From positions 10,168,001 through 10,232,000 of the forward strand of contig CM120641.1 of assembly GCA_051362555.1 (NCBI GenBank): a DNA stretch of 64,000 nucleotides, read 5' to 3'. The position numbers were made by a program, and so were the translations under genes. Positions 52,456 through 64,000 of this stretch are shown here, piece after piece. Each line of letters begins with the position of its first letter. Position 1 is the first letter of the stretch. The notes under the pieces are model-generated. The model was given only the letters and a program-made list of their open reading frames with translations, did not search any database and was not told the DNA's origin. The stretch is from Lingula anatina (taxonomy: Eukaryota; Animalia; Brachiopoda).

Positions 52456-52624
52456 CAGGGGCAGATTTAGGCCGTCTTCTGGGTCTTCCGGAAGACGGTC
52501 AGATTTTCAAGTTTACATTGACGGGTATCTAATTTTTTCTGTCGGAAGACGGTCAAAAAATGGAGGATGGATCAACAAATATAAAATGGAAGACTGTCAA
52601 AAAATATCTCTGGATCCGCCCCTG
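52456..52624. mobile_element. Non-autonomous TIR DNA transposon (MITE), 169 bp
   Basis: Imperfect TIRs caggggcagatttag / ctggatccgcccctg; 5-bp target-site duplication CATAA (52451-52455 and 52625-52629); internal ggaagac(g/t)gtca repeats. Confidence 0.88.
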
Positions 52625-55600
52625 CATAACCTGTGTCTTAAACTTTATACCAAAAGAAAGACAATCTGTCTTAACATTCCTTTTTTAAAAAATAAATTTC
52701 ACTTTCATTGTTGCCAAAAAATATAAAAATAAGCCTCTAAATCTCTTAGGCTGAATATCACACCTCAAACTTCAACACAAATACCTACATGAATGATTCA
52801 CAGAGTATAAGCCATCAAACAGGTGCAAACAATTTACTGTAAAACACCCTTCAATATCAGCCACACGTATCAACAGTATATATATCAAGCCATACAGGTA
52901 CAACATACTCACAGCCCCTGCCATATCTGACATACACTGACAGCTTAATGCAAACACTCAAAATTGACCTGACGCTGCCAGGTAGGGGGCTATTCTGATG
53001 GAAATCTATGTGCTGTCTGGGAGCAAGAGAAGGCAGGCCTTGGTGACATCCCTATTATTAGTTTGACTGAACTGTGACAGAGCTGTCACACACATACATA
53101 AACTTGAATTGCTGGTTCTCTTGCTAACAAAATGTCCCAAGAAATGATCCAGAGCAGCCAGGTATATGGTTTCTCTAATAGGAATCTGTACCACCTTGGA
53201 GGGAATTGTTATCTGGGTAACATCATTCTCATAATAATAACAGCAATACATAAAGAGCTATCACAGCCATATAGTAAGTTGACAGCTCACTAATACACAA
53301 AATAAGAAAAATTCCTATAAAAATCAAAAGCAGTCAATTCAAAGTGGCTAAGAATCTTGAAGAACTCGGATCTGGTTTGCAGGATCTATGTTTCTGATCA
53401 AGGTGACAAAAGGTGGGAGAAGTCTCAAGTATACCAGTCATGTATTACACATCTTGCTTATGGAAATCAAATATGACATCTAGAGCCAGAGTAAGACAGA
53501 TCTATGTAAAAAAAAAAAAAAACTATTACGTAGTTGCCACTTAGCCAACGGTGATGTTACACCTGGACAAAAAAACAAGCAAGGTTTTTTCTATTACATT
53601 AATTTCCCTACAAGGGAGACAATGTGATTGTCATGTTTTCTGTTTAACATGTTCTATTAGGTAATAACAAAAACTAATATGTGGCTGTTACATTCCCCAG
53701 GAAACAACTTCTAGGTGTTATTAATAACTCCTTAAAAAAGACCAAAGTTGCATTTCAAAAATGACTCGTTTTTATTTCGTAAGCTCAATTACCCTAAGTT
53801 ATGCTAGTCTGCAGTTATTAAAAACATGACAGAATGACATACAATGATGAATGGTGTGAATTTAACATTTCATAGCCAGAAACTTCATATACCCATATTC
53901 TGTAAGTACATCTGCAATTCAACATACAGAATTGAGATGGCTAGAATGATGTCACTTTAACAAACAAAAAAGACCCTACCAAACATATCACAAAACTGTC
54001 TATATAGACATTCATAAACATAAATGACAAAGCCAAGAATGCAGGCATCTAAGTACAAACCTTCTGAACCAGACATTTTCATGTTCCAAGTAATCTGCAA
54101 TAACAGTGACTGACAACCTCTGACTTATCTTCATCATTACCGTAACTTCAGCCTATGATTCATCAACGGAGTGGTCAATAGACAATCCCTGGTCAATAAT
54201 CCTGTTATGATACACTCTCAAACTACATTAGAGGTTGATAGACTGCTAAGCCTATTGACTTTCAAGTGCTTGGGCAAATAATTTGATTTGGGCACTGGTA
54301 ATAGTGCTCCAATTTCATTTTTGCTTTGGGTTTTAATTTCAGTGGTAAAGATGTGAATTAAAAGCAAAATTCTGATAAGAAAGATTACACGCCCATACAA
54401 TTCTTGTGCAATATTCTATGCATAAATTATCTTTTTGCTGAAACATTGTGTTCAGGGTTAAAAAATGTCTGGCAAATAAAACCAAAATCACATTGCCATT
54501 TTCCTCTCTCACGTACAGAGTTTTACAAGCAGTCTAATCTTCAGCCCACAGGTGCACAAAATCTCATACCTAACTGCTGTGCCCCAGCATCACTTCACAC
54601 AAAGACATGTCACAATTTTTCTCTTTTCTGAACCCACATAAAAAGCACAATTCCTATTCCCAGGTTCACAAATAATACAAAACCAATATGATCTATAAAA
54701 GAAAAATCTTCCATTATGAGCTCACCTTCAGGCAATTATTGCCCAGATTGTGGAAACAATTGATTTTTTTACACTTCATTACCTGAAATACAACTTACCG
54801 ATAAAATTACTATTAAATGGCAACCTGCCAGGCAGCAATCATCTTTAGAACAATGTTGAGATTGTAAGGCAAACAGTTCTGTATTTTCAGCATGTTTGTT
54901 TTAGGCACAACAAGGGATTAAGGTCTGAAACAAGTAGCTTGAACAGGCATTTTTTGCATTAATTCAATGCTAGTTCAATGACTAAATATCAATTTTAATT
55001 TGCAGCACATGGCCTTAGAATACCCAGCTTTGGTTATTGCTCTAAGTTTACTAAATATTAAGGTTCAAAATCAGAATACTCATCTTCACTTGATTCACGG
55101 AATGAGTAAAAACCAAATATTGAAAAAATATTTCTGTTTACTAGAAAATCAGAGCACACTTCATATTATTCATGCATTTCATACACGTTAATATTTTGTC
55201 TTTCTTTCAAAAATACTTTGCCCAGGGAGGTTTGTCTTGGCACTCAGCATTACCTTTTTTTAAATTTGTCACATTTGTCATTAATGAGAATTTGTTAACA
55301 ATAAATCTACACCTAATCAAAGGCATTCACTATACACTGTCCTCAAGGTTAATTTCATACACAATGATTGCCAATTTTACGGGACCATGAGAATCTGTAC
55401 TTAAACTGATAGTTTTATCAGCGACGATCAAAGAATGCCTACTATTTAATCACAATAACTCTTGATACCTGCAAATGATATTTTTGATTGCAACACAACC
55501 CTCAGAAGTAAAGGTATTTGTTAGCATTCAATGAGATTTTTTTGACTCTTACTAACATATTACCAAAACCAACCACATCATCACATGCTTGGCAAACACT

Positions 55601-55962
55601 TACAACTTTGGGTTCACCATATATGTATATAATTCCCAGCACATTTCTTCCACATTCAAACTCCCAAGTCATCAATGATTCCCACGATTTCCCATAATTT
55701 CTGTACAGAGAGATTTCTGTTCTCAAGGTAATCTCTGCAAGGAAACATGGCTCATCACCAGCACATGGTCTCAGAGGCAATGAATCCAAAGATTTCCAGG
55801 AAACCTTACCCTACTTCTATGATAGATGAGCACCTGGGCCTGCTAGCGGGATTTACCATTAATACATACTGGGCTATGAACTCTGTTGAATAAATAGTGT
55901 GCTATTAGTTGTTTTTTTATAACATATAAGAAAGGCAGACAGAGAGGGTCTTGTTGAAGATT

Positions 55963-56041
<79 letters not shown>
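55963..56041. repeat. (TC)n(TG)n compound microsatellite
   Basis: Read directly. Confidence 0.97.
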
Positions 56042-56045
<4 letters not shown>

Positions 56046-59000
56046 ATATACAATTAGGTTTTGTTGAACACTACATATGCCACGTGTCTAACATTCATTG
56101 GTTTTAACATATATACAAGATGAGGTGAAATAGCAAAAACAACATACAAACCAGTCAGATACCCATTTAAGAAAACCAAGGTACCCACTGACAAAGGTGA
56201 AGTTAAACAATTATAGTTTAACATTTAGATATAATCATGCAACACTGTCTGAGCACAACTTACAGTCATCTCAAGTTGTTAAAAGGAATATCACAATGCC
56301 ATCAGCTAGACTTGAAAACTTTTGCAAGGGTTAATGAGCATGGCTTTTAAATCCTCATTTTCTGAGGGTGCAAAAATGGATCTATCTCAAAGACATGCTT
56401 TCTCACTTCACATTGTAACTAACACACAGACTGGCAAAAACATCCGGACAGCTGATCTTACATAAGATAAATAAGGTTCTACAGGAACATCAACATCCTC
56501 TTATAACTCATAGACTCATCATTATCTGTTAGGCTGAAAATAGCTGTTCTGCATCCTACCTATCCTTGGTAAACCAATGCGTTTTTGCATCTGGTTTCAT
56601 GATGTTCAGGAGACAAGACTTGCATACTGAAAATCCCAATCCAGTCAAATATTGAATCTATCATTTGCCTTTTTCTCTGCCTACGAATGCCAAAGATTCA
56701 GCATCATATATAATTTAAGAAATATTATCAATTTTGACAATTCATATACTTACTTTACTTTTATCAAACTGTACATTAACACTGAATACAATCATAGACT
56801 TTGAAGTCCAACTATTTTTGTCATTGACTAAACAGCTACTCTATCTCTTCCCTGAATGGCCGCAGCTGCTCCGGCTGATCAGTGAAGTAGAACCATAAAA
56901 TTGATTATCTCCCAAAACTATTCGAGAATCAATGGCCTGAGCCACAGAGAGATTTTCCACATGAAATGGTATCTGAATGACCTCTAACTAAACAGCACAA
57001 TGACTTCAAATGAAAGAAAGACACCTTAATTAGAAGACTGGTGAAAAAAAAACTCCCCAGCAAAGACAGATTTTCCACATGGTTTGACACCTGATAGGAT
57101 TGTTAACTGACCAATACAATTAAATATTATCAAATGATTTGTACCAGCAGGTCATTCTGTAGGGAACTTTCACTGGTGGAATAAAATAATAGGAAACATC
57201 TCAACATGATGCCAACTACTGTTTGTACATAGCAATAATTAGAATTAAAACTGTGACCATAATGCAGGATTCTTCTTTTTTTCAATTCATTTCTGAAAAA
57301 TGTACAAGAGGTGAGAGTCAAAAACCACAATGTTTTCCCTAAAAAGGAGTGACTGCACTTCCTTTTCTTTAGAAAGAACCCTATTTAACCTACATTTTTC
57401 TAGCCTATGACACTGACAAAGACTTTCTTTACAATATCACAAAAAGTAACCATCTTTATCCAGTATAAAATCCTACAGCACACGCTTAACCAATAACAAC
57501 CCATCAAATAAATCACATAAAAGCCTTAACACACGAAAAACAGCTATTTTCACACAATTCCATGATTAATATCCCTCAATAACATTAAATTGCAGCTATG
57601 ATGAAGCGCATTACCTTTCTTGGATCTGAATGCACTTCCTTTCTAATGGATGACCAGCTGTAAAGTGTTCAGATGTAAGTTTTGATCATAACACTGGAGG
57701 CCAGCAATAAAGACAAAATCAATGTTTTCACTCCCATCTCTCCAGCTCTCATTGACCAAATCTCCATGGCACACTGGTGCCTCCTTCCTCACCCTATTTG
57801 TACACTAGTCTCTCTTATTCCTTGTAGATCCCTATATTGAACAACGCTTTAAAAAGGGACTTTTAATCAATTATTCATATTTTCTCACCAAATATGTATT
57901 TGGCATGAGAGGCAAAGGCACAATTATGATGATATTCTGATTTGACTCGACCTGAGACCTAGGTCTCCTGAAAGACCTACTAGTATGTTACAAGAAAGAC
58001 TTAAGGTATATACCTCAGCTATCACCTGGACTATGAGGATATAAACATGGAGAAATGTCCCAGGAATTAGTTATGAGCCGTTACGCCTTTAAGTCAGACA
58101 AGGACCAACAATGTGCTATCTTCTCCGGATCAATACCCTAACTGTGTATATATTGATTTTCAATAATGTGCTCTAGCAGTTTACAGTAAATAGTTCTCTG
58201 TCAGGAAATGTAAAAGCCACAGCTATCTTCCTGTCTCAAGTGTTTTATTTGTACTGAACTCTGATAAAGGAGAGCGAAAATGCCAGGTCATTTAGTTATT
58301 CATATTAAAAAAAGAGCATGGAAAAGGCAAAACAGGAAATTTGGAAAATCAAGTTTTATGCAGGTTTAATCAAAATTACAATAGCGAACAATGCAAAGTG
58401 TCACCTTACATGAAAACGAGTGCGGCTGTTGTGATGACTGATTTCAAAAAATGGTAAATGTTTCAAACAAATTAACATCTGAATTACAAAATAAACAAAT
58501 CAACATAAAAACATTTTTCTAAGTTTACCCGAACATTAAAAAGGATCATTTCAGTGTTTCAACGAAGCTTCAACTCTTGTCTGAAATTGTACTTTTTTCT
58601 AATCTTTTATCTTCATCCTCTTGTGACCTAATTGCAGTCCCTTCTGGCACAGTGCACATGACAACCAATGCATCAAAATTACAGCTAAACCTCCGCTGAG
58701 ACTCCTACAAAACTAGGGAACAGATGGTCAACACAAACTTGGTCACCAAAATTAAGGCCTGATTCAGTTATCTTTCTCCTTTTTGGACTCCAAAGGAATT
58801 AGTCCACATAGTAAATTATGAGATTTTCATTGAAAAGAAAATTAACAGATCCATTTATCAGTTTAAAAATGACAATTTGGAAAGAAGACTTACTTGTCAA
58901 GATAAATACCCCAACACACATTTTATCTTTAATGAAAGGTAATTAGGGAATATTACATATCATAATACAATTTATGAATTTTTACATGTTCTTTACAAAA

Positions 59001-61034
59001 TTGTTAACATAAAACCTGCTTTTAAACAAAAAAATGCATAGATTATCATTTTGATAAGTAGCACACAAAAGTCTATATTCCTGCCACTAGTTTAATGCCA
59101 GCTGGCTTATTCAATCCAGAACTCCATGAAATATTTGGCACTTATAAAACTAGTAAGCATCTGAACACCAGCATTAGGTACTAGTAACTGCATATTATAT
59201 TTTGTAATTACTAGTAAGATTACTGCACACAATATATCCATATATCCATGAAACCACATAGTTCTGGAAATCATATTAAAAATCTTACCATCAAGAATGT
59301 ACAAACCTGTTTTGGCAATAGAAACACAATGTTTTCCTACATTTTATCTTCCTTCACATTAACTCCCAGGACCTGAAATTGAAGAATAAATACCAATGTG
59401 ATATCGAGAAAACAATTTCGCTTACCAAATTTAGTTCAGGCTCTCTCAACTGCAAATGGGTATACTCAACAGTTGTGTGCGAGACACTTGTATTAAAAAA
59501 ATTGGAATCCAAAAGGCAATGGCAACATTATCCAAATGAGTAACCATTACTCACAAAGCTCCAAATCAATATTGGTGATAGCCATGTCTCTTAACTCTGT
59601 TGGAAAGCTTATGATTCAGCCCATCATTTATGACCTAAGCTAATTGGTGGCATCTTTTTTTTTAAAGAAAAAAAGATCAATATGAAAAATATTGCCACTG
59701 AGTTTGTTTGATTCACAGAAAGTACCCTCAAGTCAAATTTAATCTCCATTTTTAAGTTATTTACACTCAACTCTTCACTTTCTATCAAATGTTTATCTCC
59801 AGCTCCTGTCAAAATACATGTTATAGAATAGATTCAAAACGAATTCCCCAATTCTAAATAATCTTCACTTTTATTCCATTATGTAAAAGTAAATGCCATT
59901 CTGGCTGAGATATGGATTAATCTTTCCTCTTCAGCCACATGTCTACAGATCAATGAAATAAAAATTATCAGTATTCTTGGCACAGTTGGATTCAGCTCCT
60001 AAATGGTTCTGTCAATATTTGCCATAAACACTAGGCTTACACTCATTGGGAGCACCAACCTACTCAGACATGACTTATACTACATAAAAAACAAAACCCC
60101 ATCATTTCCCTTTTACTGCTGCTAACTATCAGGTTAAAATTGCAAATTTAACATCACATCTTGCACATTTCCCTCACCAGTAATACATGCACAGGATAAA
60201 CTGTAAGCTGCCAGGAGAAATAAAAAACATCCCAGGGCAATCAGACTTAACATGATAATTTGACTTAAGGCTAGAATTATCTATTACACTCTTCACAGAC
60301 TTGCATTTCCGTTTGCATGTCCCTCTGGTAGGTTAAAATTTCACTGTTCAAATGTCATGTCTATAAACTTTCTTCGAAGTAATGGCATTAAATTCAGGAA
60401 AAAATGCTGGAATATGCTTCTGTACGTTATGGGAATAGCTATCTATTCTGAGACCTTACATAAAGAATTTGAAGAATGCTTCACACTTAACAGCTTGTTA
60501 AGCTTTACAATGTTACTAGTATATTTTAAGGTGTCTTTTTTTGTATACTCACCCTTTCTCTCCATCTCATCTATTTACTATGCAGGGAGATGATATATAA
60601 AAGCAGAACTGTTCACTCCAGGGGGAACTTCTACCAGTCCAATAACACCTAAAAAATTACACCAAAGTATAAGAATCCAGTGGTTTGTTATGTTTACATT
60701 TATATCTCTTCATCCATCAAGGTGTAATAATGCCATACCTGTGGACCCATTAACCTGTCTGATTAATAGGAGGAAAAGATGCAACATTTAGAAATAATGG
60801 GAATCTCAACCACATATATTCCTACATGTTATTGCCAATACAGGCGTTTTGCACAGTTTGTCAATCATCTAACTGTCACTTCTCATAAGAATTAAAATTC
60901 TGGCATTTTGAAGTGCCACTCATATACTTTTTTATCTTTGAGGTGGAGAGATTTTTCTATTTCAGATTTGACTGATTCAGAAATACTTAAATACTTGTGG
61001 ATGTGCAGTTTTCTACTTGAACATCAATAGCACA

Positions 61035-61206
61035 CTGGGGTAGCGCTAGCAATTTTTTTCCCTTAGCCAAATCACCGTTTTTTGTCAATTTGTTATCCAA
61101 ATGGTTTTAATTTGACTGAAATGAGTCAAATCAAGCCCTATTTGTTTAGCCAAGTTAAGCCATTTTTAGCATTTGGCTAAATTGGCGAGTGTTAGTGCTA
61201 CCACAA
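61035..61206. mobile_element. Degenerate MITE, 172 bp
   Basis: Imperfect TIRs ctggggtagcgctagca / tgttagtgctaccacaa; 5-bp target-site duplication GCACA (61030-61034 and 61207-61211); internal ttagccaa/ttggctaa repeats. Confidence 0.75.
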
Positions 61207-64000
61207 GCACAATAAATGAAAGGTTCGGAAAATACTTTTCTACCTGACAGAGACAGAAAAAACACAAAAATATTAAGTTAAACTACAGCACATTAGTATA
61301 AAAGATGTGTTAGCAAGTGCTTTTTAGTAAGATATATGAACATGTGTGATTGCTTTAGGACATGCATCAATGGTACACCTGACACAGAGCCATCAAGAAA
61401 ATTGGATTGTTCAGCAACTGTTCATGCCACCTTTATCATCTCACTCATTAGACTTACAGAAAAAATCCAATTTGGGAATTAAGAATTAAGCTTAATTTAC
61501 TAATCAAGGTAAATGCATGCACACTAAATACATCTGTTATGAGGTCTAGTGTAAAAAAATGTTTACTAGTACTTTTCTCCAGCAGGTGTGTTACAGTTTG
61601 ATGAAAAACAATGACTGTAAACAACCAAATAAACCATAACTTCTTTATATACAAATAATATGCTGCTCAATGTTGCATACATTTTAAAAGAACATTAACA
61701 TCCCTCCTGCATTGCAGATTTTGTAACAAGTTTGAGCCCATTCAAAATACACATTCAAATATCAGAAAAAGAAATTACTATAACAATTTCAATATCTTGT
61801 AATCTGATACAACATTGACCTTTAAATTTAATTTTATTCTTTTCCTGCTATTGTATACATAAATGGGTCACTTTTCTCAGTCTGAAAAAATATAATATGT
61901 GTACCTAGGTGGGGTATTGCCTTTGAATCAATTGTAATGCTGGCCATTTGAGAACAAAATAACTGTGCTTTGTATTTATAGTTTTTCAGTTTCCTTTACG
62001 TTTTTCCAACTAAATGATAAAATCTTTTGAAATTGAATTCTGACATCTTCACATTTCTTATTTTCTTTTCTGGAATCATAATTATGTCCAAATTTAAAGG
62101 CATGCTGAATCTCTTTGTAACTATGAAACAACTGCCCTGCACAAATACATTTTTTTTTTCAAATAAAGGGACAATGCTAAAAAAGCATCTACTACAACCA
62201 CCCACACAGCTTAAACTGTATGGAAAAATAGGTGGTATTTACAATGTACTTTGAATGATAATCTAGAGTTTAAAACACCATAAAAAGATGGTCAGTAAAC
62301 ATAAAAATCTGAAGAAGATAGAAAATGTCAGAAGGCATTTTAACACCAAAATCCTGTATGCTGCCCTTTTGTGTATATCCCTTACTAAAGTTAAATGACA
62401 TTTTCTCCGACTTAACAGTGCTTATCTATACATGCCAACTTTTCTTACTTTGATGGACATAAACTAACCTTTTGCCATTCTTTTTTATTATTTTAAGAGT
62501 TATGACTGTCAGAGCACTAGCCCCCCCCCCCCCCCCTTCTTTAAAAAGACATTAAGAATTATTGTATATCAAAAGTAAGACAGATACATTTACATTGCAC
62601 ATAAGCCTCTTAACAACTTGTTACCTGGCAAAAATGTTCCCTTATTAAGCAAACACCCATTACATGGTCACTCAGTCATTTGCCTAGCATAATACCCAGA
62701 TACAACACCTGATATTAGGGACCAACAACAAAAGGTCCTTTAGGAATGTCTTATGAATGAATCTCAAACCTTTAATTTGGCCTATGACATTTGAACATAA
62801 TGAAGGGGCGGAAGTCCCTTATTTCTTTATTTAGAAACACAACCCTTCATAACAATAAAGAGGTGACGTGACAATGTATCCTGAAATTAGGGTAAATCAA
62901 CAATAAATGGAATGCAATCATCATACAAGTTATTTACCAGTCTGAACCTGTGTGCAAGCTTTTTAAATCTACTGCTTAGTTTCTAGTCTTGCTTTTTGGG
63001 ATATTCCTAGTAAACGTCAGTGTTTATATTGACTTTTTTCTACCTTCTTAATCCATAATTTGATCTCCAGGCCTTGGCATAAACTCTTTTTAGAAAAATA
63101 AGCCTGGGAGTTAAATTTACTCCAAAAGTAAAAAGAAGGGAGCAGGTTTATTTTCTTTTAGGGTGTCTGTCCAGTAGGTCTCCATGCATTTAGTTGTCCA
63201 ACAGCAAAGAGGTCACTTACACTGGGAAGACAGAGAAAAAGGTACCTTGAGCCCTAAATACCTATTCTTCAACTCTACATTACAAAGGTACAAACAATCT
63301 CATTCTCAACCACTGAACGTTTGATTACAAGGTTTTCAACTCAATTTGTGTTTCTCTTTACCATGCTCTTTACCTGTATCATGGTCTATTTAAATACAAG
63401 TCTACTTGCTCGTCTGAAACCCACCTGGTTAAGAGTTCTGTACAGCATCTACCTCACATTTAACAGTCTACATACTATTATAATACCTACTGCAATGACT
63501 TAGATGCAAAAAAAGAAAATGTCTGTTTAACTTCACGCAGACTATTTCAAACCATCACCCAAATGTAAAAGAAAATATAATATTGCATAAAAGCCCACTT
63601 GGAAACATAAACATAATACACTAATATGTTAAATCAAAGCATTATCATTCAAAAACTTATGTGGGCAAGTACTGAAGTAGGATTGCAAGCAATATCATAA
63701 TTTTGCTATGGGGGAGTAATTATGCAGAGACATAATGAGATGACTTCACAATATCACCCGACAAAAGAACTCCAAACAATTACTGCTGCCATCAATCCAA
63801 CCAACAGTTTCAAGTATGCATAGCGTTTATATTTATCCCAACGGCCAACACTGTGACTCTTGCATGGTCAGTATAAATAAGAATAACAGTGCTTGTTCAA
63901 AGACCTATATATTACTTCAACTTGCATGGGAGACTGCCTTCTTCAAGTACAGGGCTGCCTAATTAACAAGAAGGGATAGATAAGGGCTACTCTTAGTACA

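Noticed and set aside
26600-64000. Short (60-110 aa) intronic ORFs in the ORF track
   Set aside because: No domain-like sequence, no splice-consistent models, and no transposase or reverse-transcriptase motifs; expected by chance.

Overview
AT-rich, intron-containing animal genomic DNA, from an invertebrate bilaterian; a lophotrochozoan is plausible but cannot be proven from the sequence. I built spliced gene models by hand from GT-AG sites and reading-frame phase. From left to right: (1) the signal-peptide first exon of an unidentified minus-strand gene (873-1014); (2) an 11-coding-exon, ~451-aa uncharacterised coiled-coil gene on the minus strand (1855-6001); (3) SRP19 on the plus strand (6838-9095), head-to-head with gene 2 across a ~280-bp promoter; (4) a full-length APC (adenomatous polyposis coli) orthologue on the minus strand (13 coding exons, 10748-50796, ~3708 aa), tail-to-tail with SRP19. 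The last ~13 kb has no recognisable coding exon and is probably APC 5' intron or upstream DNA. The most unusual element is a perfect 423-bp palindrome (211-bp arms, 1-nt loop, bracketed by a 13-bp direct repeat) inside an APC intron. There are also two ~170-bp MITEs with 5-bp target-site duplications, an AG|GTAAG junction at the first APC coding exon, and an expanded set of APC repeats. I found no prokaryote-type system, CRISPR array, rRNA or tRNA.
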